Of a DNA stretch of 28,074 bases, positions 1-8,816 are shown piece after piece. Within the stretch, counting starts at the first letter, position 1, and each line of letters starts with the position of its first letter. The DNA lies in contig CAZXIX010000035.1 in assembly GCA_964640855.1 (NCBI GenBank), positions 9,309 to 37,382 of the forward strand, written 5' to 3'. The position numbers and the translations under genes are program-made. A model generated the notes under the pieces. That model had not been told where the DNA came from. It searched no databases and was given only the letters and a program-made list of their open reading frames with translations. Source of the stretch: an uncultured Saprospiraceae bacterium (GTDB lineage Bacteria; Bacteroidota; Bacteroidia; Chitinophagales; Saprospiraceae).

Positions 1-756
1 ATAGCCCACGAAATCAAAAACCCGCTCAATTTTGTAAATAACTTTGCGGAAGGCTCTTCTGAAATGACCGACGAGCTAACGGAAGCCCTGGAAGAAAACC
101 GGGAAAGACTTTCCCCGGAAGATTTCGGGGAAATGCAGGAACTGGCCCTCGAACTCAAGCAAAACGCCAAAGATATCATAGCCAACGGGCAGCGGATGGA
201 CCGGATCATCCATTCCATGATGGAGCACGCCCGCGGAGAAAAAGGAGAGTCCTCACCGGCAGATATCAACCTTTTGGTGGACGATGCCATCAACCTCTCC
301 TACCACGGCTTTCGAGCGATGGATCCCACCTTCAACATTACGATCGAGCGCCATTTCTCGGAAGAGCTCCCCTCGCCGGAGGTCGTTGGACAGGATATTT
401 CCCGGGTATTGCTCAACCTTCTCAACAACGCCTGCCATGCCCTTCACCAAAAAAAGCAGGAGGCAGGGGAAGGGTTTGACCCTATATTAAAAGTGACTAC
501 CCGGCAGGTTCTGGATGGTATCGAAATCCAGATCCGGGATAATGGCCCGGGTATTCCCCCCGAAATCCAGGACCGGATTTTCACGCCTTTTTTTACCACC
601 AAGCCCACCGGGGAAGGCAATATCGGCCTGGGCCTTTCCATCAGTCGAGACATCATCGTGGAAGGCCATTCCGGGGAGATTCGCCTGGAAAGCCAGGTTG
701 GAGAGTACACCTGCTTCACCGTTTTCCTTCCCGAGCACGTTTCGGCAACGGGTTAA
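1..756 (+). CDS. Sensor histidine kinase, C-terminal part (HisKA H-box plus HATPase_c); 5' end lies outside the window
   Basis: Frame 1 is open from nt 1 and translates IAHEIKNPLNF (H-box) at the very start. Further on are the N/G1/G2 boxes LLNLLNNACHAL, IRDNGPGIPPEI and GLGLSIS. The ORF-track start at 64 is an internal Met. Confidence 0.85.
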   Translation: MAHEIKNPLNFVNNFAEGSSEMTDELTEALEENRERLSPEDFGEMQELALELKQNAKDIIANGQRMDRIIHSMMEHARGEKGESSPADINLLVDDAINLSYHGFRAMDPTFNITIERHFSEELPSPEVVGQDISRVLLNLLNNACHALHQKKQEAGEGFDPILKVTTRQVLDGIEIQIRDNGPGIPPEIQDRIFTPFFTTKPTGEGNIGLGLSISRDIIVEGHSGEIRLESQVGEYTCFTVFLPEHVSATG

Positions 757-791
757 CCCGATTGATCCATTCAGACGGCGGCCATTATCTA

Positions 792-1300
792 GGTACAGAC
801 CTGATATTCCTGTAGGCTCAGGCCAATAAAAAGGTGCACATGCTCTACGGGCAAAAGGGTAACCGGGACCGCTTGATCAGGTATCAGGTACCAATAGGAT
901 ATTCAGTTTGTTACCCGATACCGTATTACCCTCCCGCGCCCTTTTATTCCCTAAAGGGATTCTGGCCGCACGCATTACCGCATTAAACCATTACAGCATT
1001 TTCCCCCCGCTTGTCAGTATCTCCGCTGCGCTCCGACCCGATACCCACTCAACTACTTAACTACTCAACTATTCAACCGATCCCCGATCCCCGATACCCG
1101 ATACCTGATACCCTGACGAAGCGAATCGTCTTTTTCCAGGATTTGAATTTTCCCCCCCGATTGTCAGGATCTCCGCTGCGCTCCGACCTGATACCCGATA
1201 CCCAATACCCACTTTCCCACTCAACCGCTCAACGACTTAACCATTCAACTCCATCACCCTTCCCTGACCATCCCGGGAAGCCCTACATTCCAATAATCCT
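792..1300. repeat. Copy A of a modular interspersed intergenic repeat family; contains an internal ~150-bp tandem duplication and heptamer/octamer micro-repeat arrays
   Basis: Seen directly: 792-905 aligns closely with 4213-4325 (ggtacagacctgat...taggctcagg...ggtgcacat...cgggcaaaagggtaacc.ggaccg.ttgatcaggtatcaggtac...). The segment ttttccccccgcttgtcagtatctccgctgcgctccgacccgatacc at ~1000-1050 recurs at ~1149-1200. Arrays (CCGATMC)x5 and (YTCAAC at 8-bp period)x4 are present. Confidence 0.8.
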
Positions 1301-1499
1301 TCAAGAATGATGGGTTTGCACTTAGTTATTAAAAAAGGCCAATTCAAGGTATTAACTTTACTGAGCGTGGATTTCCCGGCGGCAGGGCATCCACGGCTGA
1401 TCGTTGGAGGAGAAGATGCGAAGAATGCCGTAAAGGTTGATTCTATTAAACCCAAAGCCTGCCGGTATCTTGAACCGGCGAGCGCATTCAGTGTGTGGA

Positions 1500-3524
1500 A
1501 TGGCAATCCGGATATTAGTGGTTGACGATGAGCCGCAAGTGGAACGCTTGCTGCGTCAACGGTTTCGCCAGCAGTTGAAAAGCGGAGAATACGATTTTCT
1601 TTTTGCCTCCAGCGGAAAGGAGGCTCTGGCTATCCTGGAAAAGGAGTCCGATATTCCTATCGTCCTGAGTGACATCAACATGCCCGAAATGGACGGGCTC
1701 ACTTTTGTGAGCAAACTGAGGCAAAACTGGCCTCAGATTAAGGTCGTTATGGTTTCCGCTTACGGAGATATGGGAAACATCCGGGCAGCCATGAACCTGG
1801 GGGCCTTCGATTTCGTCACCAAACCCATCAATTTCGACGACCTGAATGCCACTCTCCGAAAAACCCTCCGGGAAGTGGAGGTCTCCAAACAGGCCGAGCG
1901 AGCCCGCGAACTGGAGTTGAATAACGAAAAACTCCGCGAACTCGACCAGGTCAAATCCACCTTTTTCACCAACATCTCTCACGAATTTCGGACGCCCCTG
2001 ACCGTGATCAGTGGCATGGCCGACCAAATCCAGGAAAAACCGGACCGTTGGATGGCCGAGGGGCTGCACATGATCAAGCGCAACAGCGACCATCTGTTGC
2101 AATTGGTCAATCAGATCCTGGATCTGGCCAAATTGGATTCGGGCCGACTCAAGCTGCGACTGGAGCAGGCGGACATCATTGCCTATCTCCGCTATCTGAC
2201 CGAGTCCTTTCGCACCCCGGCCGAGCAATACGAACTGCAACTGGCCTTTGAGGCCAGCGAAGAAGAACTCCTCATGGACCACGACCCCGAACGCTTGCAG
2301 TGGGTGCTCTCCAACTTGCTTTCCAATGCCTTGAAATTCACTCCCAAAGGAGGCACCATTCAGGTATCGGTTTCTCAACGCCCCTCAGCGAAGCCTCCGG
2401 CCGAGACCCGTTCCGTACCGGGTAAAAATCATTTGTGGCTGGAGGTCAAAGATAACGGGATCGGCATACCAAAAGATCGGCTTCCCTTTTTATTTGAGCG
2501 CTATTTCCAGGTGGAGGGAACCCAAACGGGCCCCCAACAATCCGGATGGGCCGGATCCGGGATCGGGCTCGCCCTGACCCGGGAGCTGGTCTTGCTGATG
2601 GATGGGGCGATTTGGGTGGAAAGCGAAGAAGGAAAAGGCTCTACCTTCTACATTGTGCTCCCGGTTCGCCAGGAAGCAGAAAGGAAGGATCCGGGAATCC
2701 GGCAGACAGGCACCGGGGAAAAAGAAACCGAGAACAGCCCCTTGGAATCCCCGGCTAAGGAAGAGGAGCGCGTGAATATCCTGCTGGTGGAAGACAACCT
2801 GGATGTGCGGACCTACGTCCGCTCCTGTCTGGAGGATAAATACGGGCTGTGGGAAGCTCGCAACGGGCAGGAGGGGATTGAGATGGCCATCGAACAGGTG
2901 CCCGATCTTGTCGTGAGCGACGTTATGATGCCGGAAAAGGACGGCTTTGAATTGTGTGAAACCCTGAAAAGCGATATACGTACCAGCCACATTCCCATCG
3001 TGCTTCTGACGGCCAGGGCGGACCAGGAATCCCGGATCTCGGGACTCCGCTACGGGGCAGATGCCTACCTGGCGAAACCCTTCAATCGGGAGGAACTGGA
3101 AGTCCGTCTCGAACAGCTTCTGGAGAACAGGCGTAAACTGCAGGAGCGGTTTCGCCGCGCCGAATCCGGCGAAGGGACCGAAGACGAAGCCATTCGCCAG
3201 GAGGACGCCTTCCTCACCCGGGTTCGCGAGCAACTCGAAGAAAACCTCGACGACGAAAATCTGGGAATTTCCGGTCTGGCCCGGGCCATCGGGGTCAGCA
3301 GGGCCCAATTGCATAATAAGATCAAAGCGCTCACCGGACAGTCGCCCTCCGTTTTTGTGCGCACGATCCGGCTGCGCAAGGCACGACACTTGTTGCTGAC
3401 CACAGACCTCAATGTAACCCAGGTAGCCTACGAGGTAGGTTTTCGGGATCCCGCCTATTTTTCCCGGACCTTTTCGGAGGAATACGGGCACAGCCCCAAG
3501 GAAACCCGAAGCGTGGACTCCTGA
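1500..3524 (+). CDS. Hybrid two-component protein: receiver - HisKA - HATPase_c - receiver - AraC-type HTH; no TM or periplasmic sensor domain
   Basis: ATG at 1500 gives MAIRILVVDDE...SDINMPEMDG (REC1). Then FFTNISHEFRTPLTVI (H-box), LEVKDNGIGIP and GSGIGLAL (HATPase), ILLVEDNLDVR...DVMMPEKDG (REC2), and AYFSRTFSEEYGHSPKE (AraC HTH). The ORF-track start at 1437 is a TTG 21 codons upstream; the ATG at 1500 is preferred. Confidence 0.9.
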   Translation: MAIRILVVDDEPQVERLLRQRFRQQLKSGEYDFLFASSGKEALAILEKESDIPIVLSDINMPEMDGLTFVSKLRQNWPQIKVVMVSAYGDMGNIRAAMNLGAFDFVTKPINFDDLNATLRKTLREVEVSKQAERARELELNNEKLRELDQVKSTFFTNISHEFRTPLTVISGMADQIQEKPDRWMAEGLHMIKRNSDHLLQLVNQILDLAKLDSGRLKLRLEQADIIAYLRYLTESFRTPAEQYELQLAFEASEEELLMDHDPERLQWVLSNLLSNALKFTPKGGTIQVSVSQRPSAKPPAETRSVPGKNHLWLEVKDNGIGIPKDRLPFLFERYFQVEGTQTGPQQSGWAGSGIGLALTRELVLLMDGAIWVESEEGKGSTFYIVLPVRQEAERKDPGIRQTGTGEKETENSPLESPAKEEERVNILLVEDNLDVRTYVRSCLEDKYGLWEARNGQEGIEMAIEQVPDLVVSDVMMPEKDGFELCETLKSDIRTSHIPIVLLTARADQESRISGLRYGADAYLAKPFNREELEVRLEQLLENRRKLQERFRRAESGEGTEDEAIRQEDAFLTRVREQLEENLDDENLGISGLARAIGVSRAQLHNKIKALTGQSPSVFVRTIRLRKARHLLLTTDLNVTQVAYEVGFRDPAYFSRTFSEEYGHSPKETRSVDS

Positions 3525-3590
3525 ATTTTTTCCGATCGGGGTTGACAATTTGCTCTAAAAAGGGGAAAATGGATCAAAAGTTCTCCCATC

Positions 3591-4214
3591 ATGAAACGAC
3601 TCTGGATTTCCTTCCTTCTTTTTGGGCTCCTTTCTAACTGCCAGTCACAGGAAAAAGCCGGCTAGAAAACCGTGGGCGGCCCTTGTGAGGGATGCGAAGC
3701 CGTTTACGAATTCGGGGATGCATCCCTTTCCAACACCGATACGCTTCCCGGCTTTGCGGTAAATGAGCCCCAACTGAAACTCACGGGTGTCGTTTTCCAG
3801 GCCGACGGCAAAACGCCGGCAGCCGACGTTATCGTTTACATTTACCACACCAGCCGACAGGGCATTTACGAAACGAAAGGGGACGAAACCGGATGGGGAG
3901 AAAGACATGGCCATTATCGGGGCTGGGTGAAAACCGGAAGCGACGGCAAGTATACTTTTTTCACCTTTCGCCCGGGACCCTACCCCAACGGAGCCGAACC
4001 GCAACACATCCATGTCATGGTAAAGGAACCGGATAAGAACGAATATTACCTGGACTCTTTTTTCTTTGCCGACGATCCTATGTTGACCCGGGAGGTCAGA
4101 TCCGGCATGCCCGGTCGGGGGGGATCCGGGATTGTGCAGCCCGAATCCAGGGGGGATTACTTCCTCGTCTCGCGGGATATCTACCTGGGAAAAAATATTC
4201 CGAATTACCCCTAA
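3591..4214 (+). pseudogene. Intradiol ring-cleavage dioxygenase-like small lipoprotein; signal peptide ORF (3591-3662) is separated from the mature domain (GTG 3672-4214) by an in-frame TAG at 3663-3665
   Basis: ATG 3591 encodes MKRLWISFLLFGLLSNC (lipobox LSNC) in the same frame as ORF 3672-4214. A TAG at 3663 lies between them. The mature part contains the EPQHIHVMV motif (the intradiol dioxygenase HIH iron-ligand motif) and a beta-sandwich-like sequence. Confidence 0.55.
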
Positions 4215-4440
4215 GTACAGACCTGATCTTCCGGTAGGCTCAGGTCCATAAAAGGGTGCACATTCTCCGCGGGCAAAAGGGTAACCCGGACCGGTTGATC
4301 AGGTATCAGGTACAAAACAGGGTATTCAATTAGTCGCCAGATACCCGGATACCCTACGAAACGAATCTTAGTCTTTCGGGGATTGAAAATCCGCTTCACT
4401 TCCATTGCGGGAAAGCGGATCTTTGGTCCGCCTCGCTTTT
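4213..4440. repeat. Copy B of the interspersed intergenic repeat family; starts immediately after the dioxygenase-like stop codon and ends in a hairpin (atccgctt...aagcggat)
   Basis: Direct alignment with 792-905 (copy A) over ~110 bp at high identity. The GATACCC repeats and the ctacgaaacgaatc module are shared with copies A and C. Confidence 0.8.
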
Positions 4441-4512
4441 TCAGATTACCTTGTATGGGAGAAGGATTTTTTCTGAGAGGCCGACAGGTTAGTCCGCAGC
4501 CAATATCCCCGT

Positions 4513-4938
4513 ATGGACACCTCAACTCTTGAAATCACCGTCCCAAACCAATATCCGGAGATCGACCGGGTGAAAGGAGCCTTCCTCCGGTTTTCCGGGG
4601 AGAACGGCATCCCGGATAAAGTAAAACGGGCTTTTATTCTGGCTTTTGACGAATTATTGAACAATATCATCTCCTACGGTTTTTCGCAACCCGGAGATTA
4701 TCCCATTGCTATAACCGTCCGATTGACAAAATCGATCGTCCGGGCAGATATTGTAGATAGCGGGGTGCCGTTCAATATTTTGGAAGCTCCCCTTCCGAAT
4801 GTAAAGACTGAATTGCCGGATCGTCCTACGGGCGGTTTGGGTATCTTTCTGGTCAGGCAAATGATGGACGAGATTCAATACCAGCGGGAAGGCGATTGCA
4901 ATCGCACTACGCTGATAAAATTTTTGGGAAATAGCTAA
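4513..4938 (+). CDS. Anti-sigma regulatory factor / serine protein kinase of partner-switching systems (RsbW/SpoIIAB-like, HATPase_c_2)
   Basis: 141 aa. Contains the GGLGIFLVRQMMDE G-box typical of RsbW-type GHKL kinases. A STAS-domain gene follows immediately. Confidence 0.75.
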   Translation: MDTSTLEITVPNQYPEIDRVKGAFLRFSGENGIPDKVKRAFILAFDELLNNIISYGFSQPGDYPIAITVRLTKSIVRADIVDSGVPFNILEAPLPNVKTELPDRPTGGLGIFLVRQMMDEIQYQREGDCNRTTLIKFLGNS

Positions 4939-4951
4939 GCCGTAAAAATCT

Positions 4952-5284
4952 ATGCAGATAAGCATTGTTGAGAAGGAAGGCGTACAGATCGTTCACCTCC
5001 GCGGGAGCCTGGATACCCAGACTTCCCCCGTGGCAGATGGCCGGTTTCGGGAAGTGCTTGAGGGAGGCGCCACGCGGGTACTGGCCGATTTCCGCGAACT
5101 GGACTACATTACGAGTGCCGGTATACGCGTCCTTCTCGGGGCTGCCAAACATTTGCAGGGGAGGGGCCGGTTCGGGATTTGCAACCTGAATGAAAATGTG
5201 CGCGAAATATTGGAGATGACCGGTCTGGCCGGATTGGTTTTCCAGGTGTACGGATCCGAAGACGAGGCATTACATGAATTGTGA
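4952..5284 (+). CDS. STAS-domain anti-sigma factor antagonist (RsbV/SpoIIAA-like)
   Basis: 110 aa. Has the conserved phosphorylatable-Ser context DFRELDYITSAGIRVL. Lies 13 bp downstream of the RsbW-like gene. Confidence 0.8.
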   Translation: MQISIVEKEGVQIVHLRGSLDTQTSPVADGRFREVLEGGATRVLADFRELDYITSAGIRVLLGAAKHLQGRGRFGICNLNENVREILEMTGLAGLVFQVYGSEDEALHEL

Positions 5285-5293
5285 AACCTTCAG

Positions 5294-7888
5294 ATGATCA
5301 AGACAGTCATCATTGCGGACAATCTGGTGAACGATTATTGCGGGCTGCGGGATCGCTACCTGGAAAACAACGTCCACATCGGCACGATCGCTGCGGAGCG
5401 ACTTTTCGGTCGGGCGGACCTGGATGAAGAAGGGCCCATTCCCATTTTTTTGCACCGGATGCAGCAGCAGCCGGCTACCCATTTGCTTTTCCTGCGGGAT
5501 TATTACGACCCGGAGGAAAGGACCAATACGGAGCAATTACAACGTCTGGGCAATCACTGTTTGAAGGGTTCCACAGGGGAAGATTTCGTAGCGGTCATTC
5601 GCGATTTGGTAAGCCCCGGGAATACCATCAATGACAAAGGTCTTTCGTTTCCCCTCGAAGGTCTCAAGGATGCCTTATGCGCTTTTGCCGACCTCGATCT
5701 GACGGATTTCGATCCGGAAAAGAACCGGGCTTCGGAGATCCGATTTCTGCTCATCGGGTTTCACACCGAAAGAAGGCTCTTTACCATCGCCAATGTGCTG
5801 CGCAATCTGTTCGGTTTCCAGCATGTGGCTGTTTTCTCCCATTTTACGGCCAGCGCCAATAAAGACGCCCATTTCGCTGCACTGCAATACCAGTTCCCCG
5901 ACAACCTGATCAAAGTACTCAACTGTTCCAACGACCTGGCCGAATATATGGGCCTCGATCTGAGCTTTCTGGACCCCTTCCAGCTTCGGGCCGTGCGCAT
6001 AGAACCGGAATCGGTACGGGCCCGGCTCAATGACGCACAAATCGACATCATCGAAGCGCTCTGCATGCATTGGACCGAAGCCCGCCTCCACAGCCTGAGC
6101 AGCGGCTACAGCAACAGCGCCCTTTACCTGGCCTACGGAAGGCAAGGCATTTCCAAAACGGAACCGATGGTGATCAAGATCGACGATCATTATCCCATAC
6201 GGTTGGAGATCAAAGGTTACCACCTGGTAAAAGATTTTCTGGGCAAACATGTGCCCACGCTCACCTTTCCGGTCAACTCCGGCTCTTACTCGGGGATCGG
6301 CATGGAGATGGCCTCCATGGAAGGTACGCCCCTGACCCTGCAGGATCACCTGGAGCGCGCCCGCACCGATTTTGAACTTCGCGAATTTCTCATTATGCTC
6401 GACCGGGTGCTGACCTTGCTGAATGACCGGGTCTACTCCAATACGAAGATCGAACGCCTGATCGCACCCTATCGGCATTTCAAATTGCATCTCGAACAAC
6501 ATTCCAAATGGCTGAAAGCCAACATGGAAAATATTCAGTCCCACCTCATCGGGCAGATATCCGTTTCCCAGGAGTCCATTCTAAAGATCTTCGATGCCGT
6601 TCGCAAGAATAACGACGTGCTTCTGGGAGAACTCTGCATAGCCCATGGGGATCTCAACCTGGCCAATATATTGGCCGACGAGAACGGTAATCTCTGGACC
6701 ATTGACTGGACGCACACCGGCCTGCATCCCATTTCCATCGATTTTGCCAAATTGGAAAACGACGTCAAATTTGTGCTCACCAAGGATCTGGAAGACGAGG
6801 ACCTTCCGAGGTTGCAGATGCTGGAGGAATACCTGCTATTCAACCGGATCCCCGCCCCCATTGATCAGCTTCCCGATTCGTTGCGGTTTGTGGGCTGGGA
6901 TATCCGTTTTAAGAAAATCTATCTTCCCGTCCGGGAGTTCCGCCTGGCCTACAGTCGTTTGCAGAGTGATCAGGAGTGGCTGGTTTACAAGATCGCCCTG
7001 CTGCGCTACGCTCTGCACACCCTCAGTTTTGATCAATCCCGGGACAAGGGGGAGTGCAAGCCCGTACAACTTTGGTATGCTCTGCTTTCGGTTGAGATCC
7101 TGGTTTTCCTGCTGGTAGGGGACGACTTCCATCTCAAGACCCGGAGCGAGAAACCGGCCGAGTACCCGGAGCGCCTCCGGATCCCGATCGATCTGGCGAA
7201 TTGGAAAACCGAGTGCCCGGATTACGAACCTCCGTACTACGTATCTCCCGAGGTGGTCGAGCAGGATCGCCGCCGCAATCCGCAGGGAGAAGCAGATCCG
7301 GAAACGGAATGGATCTATCCCGATCTGGTCGAATGGGGGCGGGACTATCTTCGGGCTGCCGATGGGAAGCCCCTCAACCCAAATGGTCGGACCGGGATCG
7401 AGGGACGCGGTAGCCTTTGGCTTTGGGGAAGTAATCCCATGCTGTTTTTCTGCCCCATCTTTTTCAATGCAAAGACCGGACAGTTGGAGTGTCTGATCAA
7501 TACCGATGAAAAGGAATCCGACATCATCAGTATACACTTTCGCCGAGGGGAGTCCTTCCGGGAAGCTTTGGTGCGGGCTCAGGAAAAAGTGAAGATCCAA
7601 ATGGATGATCACTATTTCAAGATGTTGCATGAAGGCTATTTCTACGATCTGCGCCAGACGGATCACGCCTGGATCGATGCCCGGGCTTTCCTGGTTTTTC
7701 TGGACGGCGCCCACGAGGTACGGGAAGGAAAGAAGGGGGGCTTGCAATGGAAACCCGTCAATCATCATTTGATCAACAGCCTGCATCCCAGCTACGCCAA
7801 CCTGCTGCGGTCGGCCCTGCTGCATTTGTTTGACGAAAATATCCATCGGGACGAAAATATCATCGACATCCTGGAAAAATCGGGCTAA
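5294..7888 (+). CDS. Large three-part protein: N-terminal ~250-aa domain of unknown function; central aminoglycoside-phosphotransferase/ePK-like kinase fold; C-terminal NUDT9-homology (ADP-ribose pyrophosphatase-like) domain with a degenerate Nudix box
   Basis: Kinase fold: LCIAHGDLNLANIL (Brenner HGDxxxxN) and TIDWTHTG (IDW Mg-binding Asp). NUDT9 cap: WKTECPDYEPPYYVSPEVV (cf. the W..DYPGYKPVEYTAPSV region I recall from human NUDT9, from memory not alignment) and LNPNGRTGIEGRGSLWLWGSNP (cf. NP.GRTGL.GRG.L.RWGPNH). NUDT9 core: HEGYFYDLRQTDHAWIDARAF (cf. [21 protein letters not shown]). No GX5EX7REUXEEXGU box is recognisable between these motifs. Confidence 0.6.
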   Translation: MIKTVIIADNLVNDYCGLRDRYLENNVHIGTIAAERLFGRADLDEEGPIPIFLHRMQQQPATHLLFLRDYYDPEERTNTEQLQRLGNHCLKGSTGEDFVAVIRDLVSPGNTINDKGLSFPLEGLKDALCAFADLDLTDFDPEKNRASEIRFLLIGFHTERRLFTIANVLRNLFGFQHVAVFSHFTASANKDAHFAALQYQFPDNLIKVLNCSNDLAEYMGLDLSFLDPFQLRAVRIEPESVRARLNDAQIDIIEALCMHWTEARLHSLSSGYSNSALYLAYGRQGISKTEPMVIKIDDHYPIRLEIKGYHLVKDFLGKHVPTLTFPVNSGSYSGIGMEMASMEGTPLTLQDHLERARTDFELREFLIMLDRVLTLLNDRVYSNTKIERLIAPYRHFKLHLEQHSKWLKANMENIQSHLIGQISVSQESILKIFDAVRKNNDVLLGELCIAHGDLNLANILADENGNLWTIDWTHTGLHPISIDFAKLENDVKFVLTKDLEDEDLPRLQMLEEYLLFNRIPAPIDQLPDSLRFVGWDIRFKKIYLPVREFRLAYSRLQSDQEWLVYKIALLRYALHTLSFDQSRDKGECKPVQLWYALLSVEILVFLLVGDDFHLKTRSEKPAEYPERLRIPIDLANWKTECPDYEPPYYVSPEVVEQDRRRNPQGEADPETEWIYPDLVEWGRDYLRAADGKPLNPNGRTGIEGRGSLWLWGSNPMLFFCPIFFNAKTGQLECLINTDEKESDIISIHFRRGESFREALVRAQEKVKIQMDDHYFKMLHEGYFYDLRQTDHAWIDARAFLVFLDGAHEVREGKKGGLQWKPVNHHLINSLHPSYANLLRSALLHLFDENIHRDENIIDILEKSG

Positions 7889-8793
7889 TGAAGGAATATC
7901 AGTCAATCATCGAAAAAGCCTTTCAAAAGGATATCGAGGCTTGCATCGACCCTTCGGATGCCAGGGAGTGGGCCCGGCTGGGATTTCATATCGCCTACCA
8001 CCTGTATCCCCGGGTTCGAAGCTGGCATTACAGGATGGAGCAGATAGAGCAGGTAAGAAAGGAAGACGGTTCTCCCTCTACGGCGGTGGAAGTGGAGATG
8101 GAACAACTGGCCCGCAGGAAGCTAAGGGCGTTTTTTCCGGAAGCTGTTTTCTTTGGCGAGGAACTGGGCGACGAACCGAAGCAGAGCGAATACTTGCTGG
8201 TGATCGACCCCATCGACGGGACCCGTAACTTCCTGGCCGGCTTTGGCAACTATTCGATCACGCTGGGTATTCTGAGAGGAAAGATTCCTTTGTTCTCCCT
8301 GGTCTGCGCGCCCGTCTCCGGAGAAATGTATTTTCGAATAGGAAATGAGCAGAGCTTTCTTTTTCTGATTCCCGAAAGGGGGAAGAGCCCGGAACTGCAT
8401 CCCCTTCCCTTGTTTACCCCCTCGGATGACAAGCCCATCCTGGTCAATCTCCATCCGTCCAGAAAAGCACTGCCTTATTTGGAATGTCTTTTCGAATTGT
8501 GGAGACTGGGCGAGATCTCTTTGCTCAAATCGGTGAGCGGTTCGCCTTCCCTATTGATGGCCGAAGCGGCGAAAACCGGAACTTTTTACATCAATACCTG
8601 GGACGATGCGCCTGCCCGGCCCTATGATCTGATTCCCGCATTGCATATCATCCGGGCTTCCCGCTCGCAAGCGATTCGTAAAGATGGAAAAGAGGTGGAC
8701 GCCTGGAATCATCAGGGGTTATACGTGCTCGGCCCTGTGGGCCAAAAACTGAAATCCTTGACGGATCGCCTGGCGGCTCTGGACCCGGCATAA
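7888..8793 (+). CDS. Inositol monophosphatase / CysQ (3'(2'),5'-bisphosphate nucleotidase) family phosphatase
   Basis: LLVIDPIDGTRNFLAG (the DPIDGT metal-binding motif of the IMPase superfamily) and TWDDAPA (WDxAAG-like motif). Its ATG overlaps the TAA of the upstream gene by 1 nt (ctaATGa), suggesting translational coupling. Confidence 0.75.
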   Translation: MKEYQSIIEKAFQKDIEACIDPSDAREWARLGFHIAYHLYPRVRSWHYRMEQIEQVRKEDGSPSTAVEVEMEQLARRKLRAFFPEAVFFGEELGDEPKQSEYLLVIDPIDGTRNFLAGFGNYSITLGILRGKIPLFSLVCAPVSGEMYFRIGNEQSFLFLIPERGKSPELHPLPLFTPSDDKPILVNLHPSRKALPYLECLFELWRLGEISLLKSVSGSPSLLMAEAAKTGTFYINTWDDAPARPYDLIPALHIIRASRSQAIRKDGKEVDAWNHQGLYVLGPVGQKLKSLTDRLAALDPA

Positions 8794-8816
8794 GAAAACG
8801 GTAGAGCGGAAATGCC

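Noticed and set aside
1011-1310. 99-aa plus-strand ORF
   Set aside because: It lies entirely inside the tandemly duplicated repeat element. Its periodic 'protein' sequence (PLRSD...IPD) simply mirrors the DNA repeats. There is no start context.
3542-3547. TTGACA hexamer upstream of the dioxygenase-like gene as a sigma-70 -35 box
   Set aside because: No properly spaced -10 element. If the host is Bacteroidota, the promoter consensus differs (TTTG / TAnnTTTG). Left uncalled.
1515-3548. Long minus-strand ORFs (287 and 352 aa) opposite the hybrid kinase
   Set aside because: Antisense shadows in GC-rich coding DNA. The plus strand carries unambiguous REC, HisKA, HATPase and AraC motifs.
5675-7906. 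289-aa and 356-aa minus-strand ORFs opposite the 864-aa gene
   Set aside because: Antisense shadows. The plus-strand frame is continuous for 864 codons and has kinase and NUDT9 motifs.
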